Origin: a bacterium
GTDB taxonomy: Bacteria; Patescibacteriota; Minisyncoccia; Phycocordibacterales; UBA9973
Assembly: GCA_021824345.1 (NCBI GenBank)
Contig: JAKAKW010000012.1
Span: 1,491 to 65,490 of the forward strand
Length of the DNA: 64,000 nt
Reading direction: 5' to 3'
Under the pieces are notes generated by a model. It worked only from the letters and a program-made list of their open reading frames with translations, did no database searches and was not told the origin of the DNA. Position numbers and translations under genes: made by a program. Below are positions 1-9,646 of the stretch, piece by piece (position 1 is the first letter of the stretch; each line of letters starts with the position of its first letter).

Positions 1-1254
1 GTCAATGACCGGAGCGGCTCCGCTGAAGGTGAGGTTTCCGCCGAAGGTCGGCGACGTGTCAAACACCAGGTTCCCCGTGCCGGTGGTGCCCGTCACTGAA
101 GATTGAAGATCTGCTGCCGCTATGGCGGACACCAGATTTTTGCTTGTGTCCGTGGCCACCAAGCGGGAAGCGGTGAGGCCGGAGAGGTTCACCGTGCCGG
201 TGAGAGTGATCGCTCCGGAAGAGGAGAGCCCAGTCAATCCCGAAAGCGCCCCGGCGGAAGAGAGAACCGCGGTCGGGGTGTTGATGAAATTAGTGAATCC
301 GGTCGCCGACGCGAAGTTTATCCCGTTAATCACATTGGAATTAGTGTTCGTGGCGGCATTGAAGTTCACTCCGTTCACCGTGTTCGTGTTGTTGGCGTTC
401 GCACCGTTTGAGAGAGTGAGGCTCTCGCCGTTCACCGTCACCGCTCCCGCTCCGGCGTTGTTGTTGGTCACGGACAAAGTCTGGGCGGAGCCGGCTACGG
501 TATTGGCGTAAGTCTGAGAGAAGACCCCGGTGCCGGAAGCGATGGAAAGATTGGAATTGTTCTGCACGGTCACCGCTCCGTTCGAAGTTAGGCCCGAAGT
601 GGCGGTGATCAATCCAGAAATTGTCGGAGTGGCCGTCCAAGCGGTGCCCGATACGGTGAGGTTTCCGCCCAAGGAAGTGAGGTTCGCGCCCGATACGGTG
701 AAGGTGTTGTCCAAAGTAGCGGCTCCGTGGAGAGTGAGCGCTCCGGGAGTGGTGGCGCTTCCAATGGTGTTTGCGCTGGAGGCGCCGCTTCCAAAGGTGT
801 TCACGGTGCTTGCTCCGGTGGCCAGGGTGGCGTTACCGCTCGAGGAGAGGGTGGTGAAGGCTCCGGTGCCGGCCGAGGTCGCGCCGATCGAGGTGAAGTT
901 TCCCGCCGCCGGAGTAGTCACTCCGATGGTCGTGCCGTTGATCGTTCCGCCGGCAACGGCCACGGAAGAAGAACCGAAATTATTGGCGGTTACTAATCCT
1001 GTTCCGAATGTCACCGGCCTATTCGTCGTCGTGTTTATCCCCAAGGCGGCGCTCGCGCCCGAAGCGTCAATGACCGGAGCGGCTCCGCTGAAGGTGAGGT
1101 TTCCGCCGAAGGTCGGCGACGTGTCAAACACCAGGTTCCCCGTGCCGGTGGTGCCCGTCACTGAAGATTGAAGATCTGCTGCCGCTATGGCGGACACCAG
1201 ATTTTTGCTTGTGTCCGTGGCCACCAAGCGGGAAGCGGTGAGGCCGGAGAGGTT
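1..1254. repeat. Identical intragenic direct repeat: 1-189 = 1066-1254 (offset 1065 nt = 355 codons)
   Basis: Base-by-base identity read directly. Degenerate copies also occur at about 556-1030 vs 2390-2890 and about 2150-2380 vs 2850-3080. Confidence 0.95.
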
Positions 1255-3948
1255 GAAACTGGCGCCGGAGATAGATCCTCCTGTAATAGTACCCGTGCCG
1301 GCGTTGATGGAATTGTTATTGGTGACAATACCGCTGGTCCAAGTACCGGCGATTTCAATGGCAGTAGCGCCAGTGCCGGTGTTGTTTACATAAATGCCAT
1401 TCTCGGTCGTGCCAGTGCCGGTGTTAGTGAGGGATAGCAATTTTTGCGTGCCGGAAGCGGTGTTGTTGGTAAGAATGCCGGAGTATAGACTAACATCCGT
1501 ACTAATGGAGCTATTGTCCACAGTGTATGTGGAATTGAAGGGATAGTTCACGGAAAGGTAGCGCAGATCGCCTGTTCCGGAGTTCCAGGAAAGAACCGCA
1601 TTGCCCGAGCCGGAGTTGCGCTGAAAGATGACGGACTTTGCGGTATCGCCGGTCTCAGTGCTGCCAATGGTCCAGCTATTGGCCGAAGTGCTTCCGGTGA
1701 CTACCGTTCCAGCAATATTGTTGGCGGTCAAGGTATTGAAATATCCGTTCTGCCAATAGTATCCCGGACTGCCGATGGAATTCGTATTGGTAGCAGACGA
1801 AGAAGTGGGTCGGAAGGCGCCGTTTGAATCAAAAATTACCCGCTGGTTGGTTCCCGGATTCAAGTCCAGCACATATTTGGATCCGGTGCCGGTGCCCGCG
1901 CCGGAAATGTTGATAGCCAGACCGGTATATCCGCCGCCGCCGGTGGTGTTGTCCGTCACTGTGATTACCTGCCCGTTGCTTGTCTGCCCGTTGCCGGCGT
2001 TGGCGGTGAAAGTGTCGCCGATAAGGGTGCCATTGGTAATGGCATTGTCTGTCACCGAAAAGAGAGTGCCGGTCTGCACAGTGGAGGAGATGGAAGAGGT
2101 GCCGCTGTTCTGCTCGTAGTTGGTGACGTATAGGTTCGGAATGGTAACGTTGCCCCAGCCGAAAGTAACCGGCCGGCCGGTTATTGTGTTTATAGAAAGA
2201 GTGGAACTTATATCCGTCGTGTCAATCGAGGGATTTGTCGCGGTAAAGTTAGTGGCGGCGTTATTGAAAGTGACATTGCCCGTACCGGTGGAGAAAGTGT
2301 TCGCGCCGGTGACGGCGGTATTGCCGTTCAAAGAAACATTGCCAGTACCAGTAGAGAATGCGCCGGTGCCGGTTTGAGAGAAGCTGGCATTGTTCTGCAC
2401 CGTCACCGCGCCGTTCGCGGTGAGGCCGCTGGTGGCGGTGATCAGGCCCGAAATGGTGGGAGTGGCGGTCCAAGCGGCGCCGGAGACGGTGAGGTTGCCT
2501 CCCAAAGTTGTCAGATTGTTTCCGGAGACGGTGAAAGTGTTGTCCAACGTCGTCGCTCCATGCAGAGTCAAAGCTCCCGGAGTGGTGGCGGAACCGATGG
2601 CGTTCACCGAAGATGCGCCACTGCCGAAAGTGTTGGTAGCGCCCAGGCCGGTGGCCAAAGTGGCATTACCGGAAGAAGTTAAGGTGGTGAAAGCGCCGGC
2701 GCCCGGGGTGGTGGCGCCGATCGAGGTAAAGTTTCCGGCCGCGGGAGCAGTCACTCCGATGGCGGAGTTGTCTATCGTCATTCCCGTAATAGTTCCGCCG
2801 GTGATGGCCGAAGATGACGAAGCGAAGTTGTTGGCGGTGACTAATCCGGTTCCGAATGTCACCGGTCGGTTGGTCGTCGTGTTGATGGCCAGAGTGGAGG
2901 AAGCGTTGGCGGTATCAATCACCGGATTCACCGCCGAAAAGGTAGTGTAAACATTGTTGAAAGTGACATTGCCCGTACCGGTGGAGAAAGTGTTGGAACC
3001 GGTGACGGCAGTGTTTCCGTTGAGCGATACGTTTCCCGTTCCGGTGGAGAAAGTGCCGGCGCCGGACTGAGAAAAATTGTTGTACAGGGTCGTCTCTCCG
3101 TACATATCAAGCGAACCGGGAGTGGCCAGCGATCCGATGATTAATTTTTTTGTTGCGTCATTCCAGGAAAGATTCGCGTTGTCCTGGGAGACCGCGCCTC
3201 CGCTGCCGATATAGAGAACCGAACTCTGCGTGAAGCCGGGCAGGGTGACCGCTCCGGAAATGTCGCTCGCGATGAGTTTGGCTGTGTACACGTTCGCGAA
3301 TCTAGAGAGCGCTGAACCGAGGTCGTAAGTGTTATCGGCGGACGGTCCGATGTTTCCTCCTGATTCCAGCTGGAAAGTATTGCTGTCGGTCGCGCCGAGC
3401 ACCAGCCGTCCGTTGATCCAGGCATTTGCGTTTTGTCCGCCGGAGATTTGGTTTTGGACATAGCTTGGAGAACCGGAGGCGACAGAGGAATTGTCATGAT
3501 ACGGACTCGGTGTGTACAGAGCCGGACGATTTTGCAGGCTGTAATAGTTGCGGACAGCCAGATCTGCGAGCGAAGAAACTCTCTTGTCTATCTGCGCCCA
3601 GGTGATGGCCTGAGGATTCGGGTTGGTGACATAGATGACGGTCGGACTGGGCGCGCGATTGGCCGGAACACTGCCGAAAGAGGGCGGATTGTTCGTGCTG
3701 GAAGAGATGGAAGGCGAAGGATTTTGTCCGAAGGTGGAAAAAAATCCGGAAGTGACTTTGATGTAACATGTGGGGTCGGAAGGTCCGCATCCTCCGCCGG
3801 AAGTGGAGACGGCTCCGGGGTCCAAAACTCCGCTGGAGAGCTCCGGAACGTAGTTTGGAACGGCCGCAAAAGCGGCGCTCGCGATGAAAAAGATGAAGGC
3901 AAAAACCCCCCAGAATATAGCCTTATTTATCAAGCATTTTTCAGGCAT
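1..3948 (-). CDS. Giant Gly/Thr/Ser/Ala/Asn-rich secreted or surface fibre protein (adhesin/tail-fibre-like), 3' end beyond window edge
   Basis: ATG at 3948 starts MPEKCLINKAIFWGVFAFIFFIASAAFAA (signal-peptide-like). The frame is open in all segments translated and still in frame at base 1 (...FSGAAPVID). Fibre-like motifs include GNIGPSADNTYDLGS, FSTGTGNVTFN and NLSGLTASRLVATDTSKNLVS. It is absent from the ORF track because no stop lies inside the window. Confidence 0.85.
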   Translation of the reverse strand, partial: MPEKCLINKAIFWGVFAFIFFIASAAFAAVPNYVPELSSGVLDPGAVSTSGGGCGPSDPTCYIKVTSGFFSTFGQNPSPSISSSTNNPPSFGSVPANRAPSPTVIYVTNPNPQAITWAQIDKRVSSLADLAVRNYYSLQNRPALYTPSPYHDNSSVASGSPSYVQNQISGGQNANAWINGRLVLGATDSNTFQLESGGNIGPSADNTYDLGSALSRFANVYTAKLIASDISGAVTLPGFTQSSVLYIGSGGAVSQDNANLSWNDATKKLIIGSLATPGSLDMYGETTLYNNFSQSGAGTFSTGTGNVSLNGNTAVTGSNTFSTGTGNVTFNNVYTTFSAVNPVIDTANASSTLAINTTTNRPVTFGTGLVTANNFASSSSAITGGTITGMTIDNSAIGVTAPAAGNFTSIGATTPGAGAFTTLTSSGNATLATGLGATNTFGSGASSVNAIGSATTPGALTLHGATTLDNTFTVSGNNLTTLGGNLTVSGAAWTATPTISGLITATSGLTANGAVTVQNNASFSQTGTGAFSTGTGNVSLNGNTAVTGANTFSTGTGNVTFNNAATNFTATNPSIDTTDISSTLSINTITGRPVTFGWGNVTIPNLYVTNYEQNSGTSSISSTVQTGTLFSVTDNAITNGTLIGDTFTANAGNGQTSNGQVITVTDNTTGGGGYTGLAINISGAGTGTGSKYVLDLNPGTNQRVIFDSNGAFRPTSSSATNTNSIGSPGYYWQNGYFNTLTANNIAGTVVTGSTSANSWTIGSTETGDTAKSVIFQRNSGSGNAVLSWNSGTGDLRYLSVNYPFNSTYTVDNSSISTDVSLYSGILTNNTASGTQKLLSLTNTGTGTTENGIYVNNTGTGATAIEIAGTWTSGIVTNNNSINAGTGTITGGSISGASFNLSGLTASRLVATDTSKNLVSAIAAADLQSSVTGTTGTGNLVFDTSPTFGGNLTFSGAAPVIDASGASAALGINTTTNRPVTFGTGLVTANNFGSSSVAVAGGTINGTTIGVTTPAAGNFTSIGATSAGTGAFTTLSSSGNATLATGASTVNTFGSGASSANTIGSATTPGALTLHGAATLDNTFTVSGANLTSLGGNLTVSGTAWTATPTISGLITATSGLTSNGAVTVQNNSNLSIASGTGVFSQTYANTVAGSAQTLSVTNNNAGAGAVTVNGESLTLSNGANANNTNTVNGVNFNAATNTNSNVINGINFASATGFTNFINTPTAVLSSAGALSGLTGLSSSGAITLTGTVNLSGLTASRLVATDTSKNLVSAIAAADLQSSVTGTTGTGNLVFDTSPTFGGNLTFSGAAPVID

Positions 3949-4228
3949 ATAATTCTTTTTCTGTAAGTATAATTATATCAATTTTTAGGCATAAAAAAAA
4001 GGCAAAAATGCCTGTGGATAAAGGTTTTTCGGTTATTTGACCGATCATTGTATTTTTGTTCCGGTAATTTGATTTTTGAAGTTATTTCTTGCCGTTTTTA
4101 AATGGACATTTTCTTGAATTTTTTGAAAAATATTTTTTATTTTTTAAATTTTTCCAAGATATTGAAAAATACAGGAAAATGTAGTAACATTGGCCGATGC
4201 CGGAAGCGAAGCCGGCATTGGTTTAGAA

Positions 4229-4534
4229 GCCGTTGTAGCTCAGTTGGTAGAGCACGCCCATGGTTATCGCAAATAGCCCACTGTTTTGAAAACGAAACGG
4301 TGAATCCCGAATAACGGTTAAAGCCCTGAAAAGGGTAAGACCGTGGCGAATATTTTTTAATCGCCCGAACGACTGACAAGGGGCGCTAAGTTGGAAACGA
4401 TATGCGCAAGATACAGTCTAGTCCTCTTATAAGTTCAGGCATGTTTGCAAGTGATAGTGCGCAAGCTTGCTAGGACGAAAGAGAGGTGTAAGCGAAGGGC
4501 GAGGTCATCGGTTCGATCCCGATCAACGGCTCCA
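4229..4534 (+). tRNA. tRNA-Thr(GGT), intron-split (exons 4229-4264 and 4495-4534)
   Basis: Joined exons give a 76-nt cloverleaf GCCGTTG...CAACGGC-T-CCA, anticodon arm CGCCC-ATGGTAA-GGGCG and T-loop GTTCGAT. Confidence 0.93.
4265..4494 (+). ncRNA. Group I self-splicing intron (230 nt) in tRNA-Thr(GGT) at position 36/37
   Basis: The 5' exon ends in U and the intron ends in G. P1 is GGU|UAU-CGCAA-AUAGCC with a U.G pair at the splice site. P7 is GACTG (4371-4375)/CAGTC (4414-4418) within the S-like AAGATACAGTCT. A CCCT-GAAA-AGGG GNRA hairpin and a GGCGA...TCGCC helix are also present. Confidence 0.9.
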
Positions 4535-4567
4535 GAAGAGAAATTTTTGCAAGAAAAATAAAAACAA

Positions 4568-4638
4568 GCCGATATAGTTCAGTGGCAGAACACTGCTTTC
4601 GTAAAGCAGGAACGTGGGTTCGATTCCCGCTCTCGGCT
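4568..4638 (+). tRNA. tRNA-Thr(CGT)
   Basis: GCCGATA...TCTCGGC acceptor, anticodon arm CTGCT-TTCGTAA-AGCAG, GGTTCGATTCCC T-arm; CCA is not encoded. Confidence 0.9.
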
Positions 4639-4658
4639 CAGAAGTTTGCGATATAGAA

Positions 4659-4690
4659 AAAGGGGGGGGGCAAATTTGCCCCCCCCCTTT
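4659..4690. terminator. G9/C9 perfect palindrome, probable bidirectional terminator after the tRNA pair
   Basis: AAAGGGGGGGGGCAAATTTGCCCCCCCCCTTT. Confidence 0.6.
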
Positions 4691-4763
4691 CAAATATGCT
4701 ACAATATCAGGGTCGAAGAAGACCTCCGCGAGTCTCATTATAAATTTAATGAGAATCAATGTC

Positions 4764-5612
4764 ATGAATGATCTGACGAAAATAGTGTTGTTTCAGAGCA
4801 AGCAGGTGCGAAAAACATTTCATAACGGAGAATGGTGGTTTTCTATCCTTGATGTGATAGAAGTGCTTACTGATTCCGTCCAGCCCGAAGGGTATTTGAA
4901 GGATTTAAGGAAAAGGAACGAGGCTCTCTCGGAAGAATGGGATCGCATTGCTGTTCCTCTAAAAATGCAAACTCCTGGCGGAATGCAGATAATCAATTGC
5001 GCAAACGTGGAAGGCGTTTTTCGCATTGTCCAATCCATTCCTTCTCCGAAAGCTGAGCCATTTAAGCGCTGGCTTGCCAAAGTGGGGTATGAGCGGGTGC
5101 GGGAAATAGAGGATCCGGAGCTTGCCACCAAGCGCACTCGGATGCTTTATAAGCTGAAAGGTTATCCGGATAATTGGATAGAAAAGCGCATGCGCGGAAT
5201 TGCCATCCGAGAAGAGCTCACTGATGAATGGAAAAATCGGGGAGCGAAAGGCAAGGACGATTATGAGATACTTACCGCGGAAATTTCAAAAGCGACGTTC
5301 GGGGTTACTCCTGACCAATACAAAAAAGTGAAAGGGCTGAAACGCCAGAATCTGCGGGACCACATGGACGATTTGGAGCTGATTTTTACCATGCTCGGAG
5401 AGCGGGCCACGACGGAGATCCATCGGGATGAAGACTCGCGCGGTTTGCCCAAACTGAAAGATGACGCCAAAAGCGGGGGAGATATCGCCGGCACGGCGCG
5501 GAAAAAATTGGAGAAGCGGCTGGGCCGGTCGGTGGTTTCCAAAAAGAATTTTCTGCCTGGAAACGCAGAAATCGCGAAGAAACTGACAAATAATGGTAAA
5601 AAAGGAAAATAA
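4764..5612 (+). CDS. BRO-N domain (phage antirepressor-like) protein
   Basis: VRKTFHNGEWWFSILDVIEVLTDS and RIVQSIPSPKAEPFKRWLAKVGYER are BRO-N family motifs. Start moved to ATG 4764 because the longer ORF overlaps the tRNA. Confidence 0.85.
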   Translation: MNDLTKIVLFQSKQVRKTFHNGEWWFSILDVIEVLTDSVQPEGYLKDLRKRNEALSEEWDRIAVPLKMQTPGGMQIINCANVEGVFRIVQSIPSPKAEPFKRWLAKVGYERVREIEDPELATKRTRMLYKLKGYPDNWIEKRMRGIAIREELTDEWKNRGAKGKDDYEILTAEISKATFGVTPDQYKKVKGLKRQNLRDHMDDLELIFTMLGERATTEIHRDEDSRGLPKLKDDAKSGGDIAGTARKKLEKRLGRSVVSKKNFLPGNAEIAKKLTNNGKKGK

Positions 5613-5629
5613 AATTTGATAATGAGCGT

Positions 5630-6634
5630 TCAAATATAAAACTGCGCCAGTTCTTTTGCAATTCGCTCATGCAACAGCTCTTTTTCGATCATCCAATTGT
5701 CATTGAACGCGTGTGATAGGTAGCTTTCCCCGCTATCTCCGATTATTAGTATGATTTTTTTGATATTTTTAGAGATTTTTTTTTCTTTGACAAATTTCAT
5801 TGCGTAGTAAAGTACCATTCCGCTAGAGTCTCCCGCCAATATTCCTTTGTTCTGTGCGAAAAAGCGCATAGTGTTGAAAGCTTCCTTGTCCGAAACATAA
5901 TCATGGCTGTCAAAAATGGAAGTGTCTATGTTTTTTGGAAGGATCGCTCCGGCCGGGTACCCCGGCCCGGAAATGAAATAACCGTGGCCATGTGGAGAAA
6001 AATGGCTCGATCCCTTCGGCTCCAGAGCGATTATTTTTATTCCCGGATTGCGCTCTTTCAGATAACGGCCGGAACCGCACAGGGAACTGCCGGTCCCGAT
6101 CGTTCCGATCAAGCAGTCCGCGTCCGGAACTTCTTCGAGGATTTCTTTTCCCAAGGTATTGTAAAACCCTTTTGGATTTTCCGGGTTGTCATACTGATCC
6201 AGATTCACTCCGCCCGCATCTTCCGCCAGTTTCTTTGCGGTTGCCCGGCGAATATCCACCAGGTGTCCGCGCTTTTTGTCTTCTTCATCCGTGCAGAAAT
6301 GTAATTTCCCTCCATAGGCCAGGATGGAGTTGAGCTTATCCGCCGGAGCATGCTTGTCTACGACCGCGGTGAACTTGTATCCGCGGGCGGCCGAGAGCAT
6401 TGCCAGGGCTTTGGCGGTATTGCCGGATGAAGATTCAAAAATTTCCATGCCTTTTCGGAGTTTGCCGGATTTTTCCGCTGTATTTATCAAGGCGAGGGCG
6501 GTTCTGTCCTTGAAGCTTCCGGCCGGGTTAAAGAACTCAAGTTTTAAAAATATTTTGTAGTCGGGTCTGGCTGTCGCCATTTCCATCATCGGGGTCTTGC
6601 CGATAAGGTTGTCGATGCTTTTCTTTATGTTCAT
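5630..6634 (-). CDS. PLP-dependent cysteine synthase / cystathionine beta-synthase family protein
   Basis: KLEFFNPAGSFKDR (PLP lysine), ESSSGNT, GTGSSLCG. Confidence 0.85.
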   Translation of the reverse strand: MNIKKSIDNLIGKTPMMEMATARPDYKIFLKLEFFNPAGSFKDRTALALINTAEKSGKLRKGMEIFESSSGNTAKALAMLSAARGYKFTAVVDKHAPADKLNSILAYGGKLHFCTDEEDKKRGHLVDIRRATAKKLAEDAGGVNLDQYDNPENPKGFYNTLGKEILEEVPDADCLIGTIGTGSSLCGSGRYLKERNPGIKIIALEPKGSSHFSPHGHGYFISGPGYPAGAILPKNIDTSIFDSHDYVSDKEAFNTMRFFAQNKGILAGDSSGMVLYYAMKFVKEKKISKNIKKIILIIGDSGESYLSHAFNDNWMIEKELLHERIAKELAQFYI

Positions 6635-6713
6635 GGTTGTAATTATGATAACGTTTTAATTTTTTCCGGAAAAAAATTAAAACCCCTCGGCGATGTTGCT
6701 AAGGGGTAAAAAG

Positions 6714-6911
6714 CTATTCGTGTCGTTGTGAATGCGACGCTCTTTCCTTCCGCTCCATTTGCAGCAAATGCTGCAGTTTTTCGGAGGCGCGGAGAGTTTT
6801 TTCCACCGCCGTCGATTCCGCGGTGGAGTTTTCAAAAAGATCCTTTATTTCTTTGATCTTTTTGAAAACATAGTCCTGTTCCTCAGGACTAAAATTTAAT
6901 TTTCCGTCCAT
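6714..6911 (-). CDS. Small hypothetical protein (65 aa)
   Basis: ORF with a GGAGG-like RBS upstream and a hairpin downstream (about 6680-6710). Confidence 0.5.
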   Translation of the reverse strand: MDGKLNFSPEEQDYVFKKIKEIKDLFENSTAESTAVEKTLRASEKLQHLLQMERKERASHSQRHE

Positions 6912-7070
6912 TTTTCCTCCAATTTAAATTTTAAAAATTTATTAAATCTACTTTTTCTAATTGTAGGGAAGGGATGGGCACAAGTTAAATTTTTAAACAT
7001 TCAGCCAATGTTTTGCACTTTTTGTTAAATTTGTTAAAATAGTACTAATAGCTAAAAAAGCTTGCAAAAT

Positions 7071-7733
7071 ATGATTAAAATCCAGCCAATCGTGCGCGAA
7101 ATAGTGCTTTCAGAGCTTGAGGCATACTCGGCCCTTTCCGAAGGCTATATGAACATGTCGAGCTACGCCTATCGTATTAGGCCGAAAGTGGAAGCCCGGG
7201 CGAAGAAGAAAGTTACCGTAACCAGCTTGGTGGTCTCGCTTTCCCGCTTGAGAAAAGAGTTCAGAAAAACAAAACCGCTTTTGCACGACGTCCCGATAAA
7301 AAATATCACCACCAAACTACCCATCACCGAGATGGTGTACAAGAACAGCGAAAAGGCGGCGGAAAAACTGGAATCTCTGCACAAAAATATTTCCGTATCG
7401 CCTGAGGATTTTTTCACCGTAACCATGGGGCCGGGGGAGATCGACATCATCTGCTCTTCCAGCTTGGAAGCGAAAATCTTGAAGCATTTCAAAGAAAAGC
7501 CGAAGATCATAAACCGGCACTTGGCGGCCATCGGCATTTCCTACGGACCGGAAGTGTTTGATACTCCGAATGTTTTTTTCTCTCTCCTCTCCGTCACTGC
7601 CCGGGCGCAGGTAAATATTGAAGAGCTTGTTTCCACACCCACGGAGCTCACTTTCATCGTGGCGGAAAAAGATTTCGGCCGGACAGTTGCGCTGTTTTCA
7701 GAAATGCGAAAGGAAGATTTATCAGAAAAGTGA
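7071..7733 (+). CDS. ACT-domain regulatory protein (aspartokinase regulatory-like C-terminus)
   Basis: C-terminal DTPNVFFSLLSVTARAQVNIEELVSTPTELTFIV ACT-like pattern; N-terminal helical region. Confidence 0.6.
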   Translation: MIKIQPIVREIVLSELEAYSALSEGYMNMSSYAYRIRPKVEARAKKKVTVTSLVVSLSRLRKEFRKTKPLLHDVPIKNITTKLPITEMVYKNSEKAAEKLESLHKNISVSPEDFFTVTMGPGEIDIICSSSLEAKILKHFKEKPKIINRHLAAIGISYGPEVFDTPNVFFSLLSVTARAQVNIEELVSTPTELTFIVAEKDFGRTVALFSEMRKEDLSEK

Positions 7734-7875
7734 CGGATCGCGCATGCCGAAGAATATTTCCTGAAAAAAGCCTTGGCAGGCGCGACGGCGCCGGACAGAG
7801 AAAATTTTCAGCGGAAAATTATGCGTGCTTTTCGAGAAGACCGACTTGTCCTCCGGCATGCTATACTCTCAGCAT

Positions 7876-8760
7876 ATGGACGACAAAAACGCCATTGAAC
7901 AAAAAATCAAGGACCTGGAAGCGCGGATGAACGCGCCCGATTTTTGGAGCGACAAGCAGAGGGCGCAGGAGGCGATCAGGGAGCTCTCCGAGCTCAAGGC
8001 CAAGAAAGAAGGCGCGGGCAAATACGACAAAGGAAGCGCCATCGTTACCATAATCTCCGGCGCGGGAGGCGACGACGCGGAAGATTTTTCCCGCATGCTT
8101 CTTGAAATGTACATGAAATACGCGGACAAGCGCGGATGGGGAATTTCTTTCATTCATCAGAACGAAAACGACTACGGCGGATATCGGAACGTGTCTTTTG
8201 AAATATCCGGCAAGGGCGCTTACGGCGACTTGAAGCATGAAAACGGAGTGCACCGGCTGGTGCGCATTTCTCCCTTCAACGCAAAAAAGCTCCGGCACAC
8301 CTCTTTTTCCCTGGTGGAAGTACTGCCTAAGTTTTCCAAGCTGGAAGAGCGCGATATTGTCATTCCCGAAAGCGACCTGAAAATTGAATATTCCCGCGCG
8401 GGAGGGCCGGGAGGGCAAAATGTGAACAAGCGGGAAACGGCGGTGCGCATAGTGCATATTCCCACCAATATTTCAGTGCACTCGGCGGAGGAGAGGAGCC
8501 AGGAGGCCAATCGGGAAAAGGCCATGAACATTCTGCGGGCCAAAATATTCAAAAAAGCGGAAGAGGAGAAAAAAAGCGTGGAAGAATCCATGCGTACGGC
8601 CAGAAACGCCGATATAGAATGGGGAAACCAGATCCGCTCGTATGTTTTACATCCTTATAAAATGGTCAAAGACCATCGCACCGGAGCGGAAACGGCGGAA
8701 GCGGAAGGGGTGCTTGCGGGGAATCTGGATCTCTTCATTGAAGCGGAAAAAAGTCTTTAG
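7876..8760 (+). CDS. prfB: Peptide chain release factor 2 (short N-terminal domain)
   Basis: GAGGDDAEDF, GVHRLVRISPF (SPF), GGPGGQNVNK (GGQ), WGNQIRSYVLHPYKMVKDHRTG. Confidence 0.93.
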   Translation: MDDKNAIEQKIKDLEARMNAPDFWSDKQRAQEAIRELSELKAKKEGAGKYDKGSAIVTIISGAGGDDAEDFSRMLLEMYMKYADKRGWGISFIHQNENDYGGYRNVSFEISGKGAYGDLKHENGVHRLVRISPFNAKKLRHTSFSLVEVLPKFSKLEERDIVIPESDLKIEYSRAGGPGGQNVNKRETAVRIVHIPTNISVHSAEERSQEANREKAMNILRAKIFKKAEEEKKSVEESMRTARNADIEWGNQIRSYVLHPYKMVKDHRTGAETAEAEGVLAGNLDLFIEAEKSL

Positions 8761-8876
8761 GCCGCCGGTGGCAGGAGCGGGAAAAGCAGAAAAAGCGGGC
8801 GGGCAAGTGGGTGGCAAGGCCTCCCGCTTTTTCTGCTGACATTGTTGCGAAAAACCAACTGTGATAAAATGGGAGG

Positions 8877-9560
8877 GTGATTTACTTGAACAACGTTTCC
8901 AAAGTATATGACAGCGATTCGGTGGCTCTGGACAACATCAGCCTCTCCGTTACCGCCGGCGAATTCGTGTCCATCGTGGGGCATTCCGGAGCGGGCAAAA
9001 CCACTTTGGTAAAGATGATTCTGGCGGAAGAAGCCCCCACCTCCGGGGAAGTTTTTTTTGAATCAGTGAACGTGCACAAGCTCCGCGGAGGGGAATTGTC
9101 CCGTCTCCGGCGCAGAATTGGCACGGTTTTTCAGGATTTCAAGCTTTTGCCGAACAAGACCGCGTATGAAAACATCGCTTTCGCCATGGAGGCGGCCGGC
9201 AAATCCAACGAAGAAATTGCGAGCGATGTTCCGCACGTACTGGAGCTGGTGGGCCTTTCTCAAAAAGCTTCCCGCTTTCCCAGGCAGTTGTCCGGAGGAG
9301 AACAGCAGCGCCTGGCCATCGCCCGGGCCATCATCAATCAGCCCGAGCTTATCATCGCCGACGAACCCACCGGCAATCTTGACCCCGTGAATACATATGA
9401 GGTGGTTGAAATATTAAAGAAGATAAACGATCTCGGCACCACTGTCATATTGGCCACTCACAACAAGGGAGTGGTGGACGCGATAGGCAAGAGGATTATT
9501 ACTTTGGACAAAGGCAAATTGGCGCGCGACGAAAGCAAGGAGGGAAAACGTATGCTTTGA
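8877..9560 (+). CDS. ftsE: Cell division ATP-binding protein FtsE
   Basis: Walker A GHSGAGKTT, RRRIGTVFQDFKLL, LSGGEQQR; directly upstream of ftsX. Confidence 0.92.
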   Translation: MIYLNNVSKVYDSDSVALDNISLSVTAGEFVSIVGHSGAGKTTLVKMILAEEAPTSGEVFFESVNVHKLRGGELSRLRRRIGTVFQDFKLLPNKTAYENIAFAMEAAGKSNEEIASDVPHVLELVGLSQKASRFPRQLSGGEQQRLAIARAIINQPELIIADEPTGNLDPVNTYEVVEILKKINDLGTTVILATHNKGVVDAIGKRIITLDKGKLARDESKEGKRML

Positions 9561-9646
9561 ATAGTCAAGGGCGGAGGGTTACCCTCCGCCCTTGGCGGTG
9601 AAAAAGTTTAATTTGCTATAATGGGAGGTATTGATTTGGAAAAAAG

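Noticed and set aside
1-1254. Diversity-generating retroelement TR/VR pair
   Set aside because: The copies are identical with no adenine-specific mismatches, both lie in the same CDS, and no reverse transcriptase is in the window.
103-3966. Many plus-strand Val/Pro/Ala-rich ORFs (e.g. 530-1171, 2390-2950)
   Set aside because: They are antisense shadows of the giant minus-strand Gly/Thr/Asn-rich gene.
4102-4763. ORFs 4102-4314, 4137-4379, 4523-4765 and the N-terminal extension of the BRO ORF
   Set aside because: They overlap tRNAs and the intron; no LAGLIDADG, HNH or GIY-YIG motif suggests a homing endonuclease.
4764-5612. Prophage at tRNA-Thr suggested by the BRO-N gene
   Set aside because: No integrase, structural genes or duplicated tRNA 3' end were seen.
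7730-7875. Upstream frameshifted first segment of prfB
   Set aside because: No CTT-TGA-C site or RF2-like peptide was found; an extended -10 lies directly before ATG 7876.
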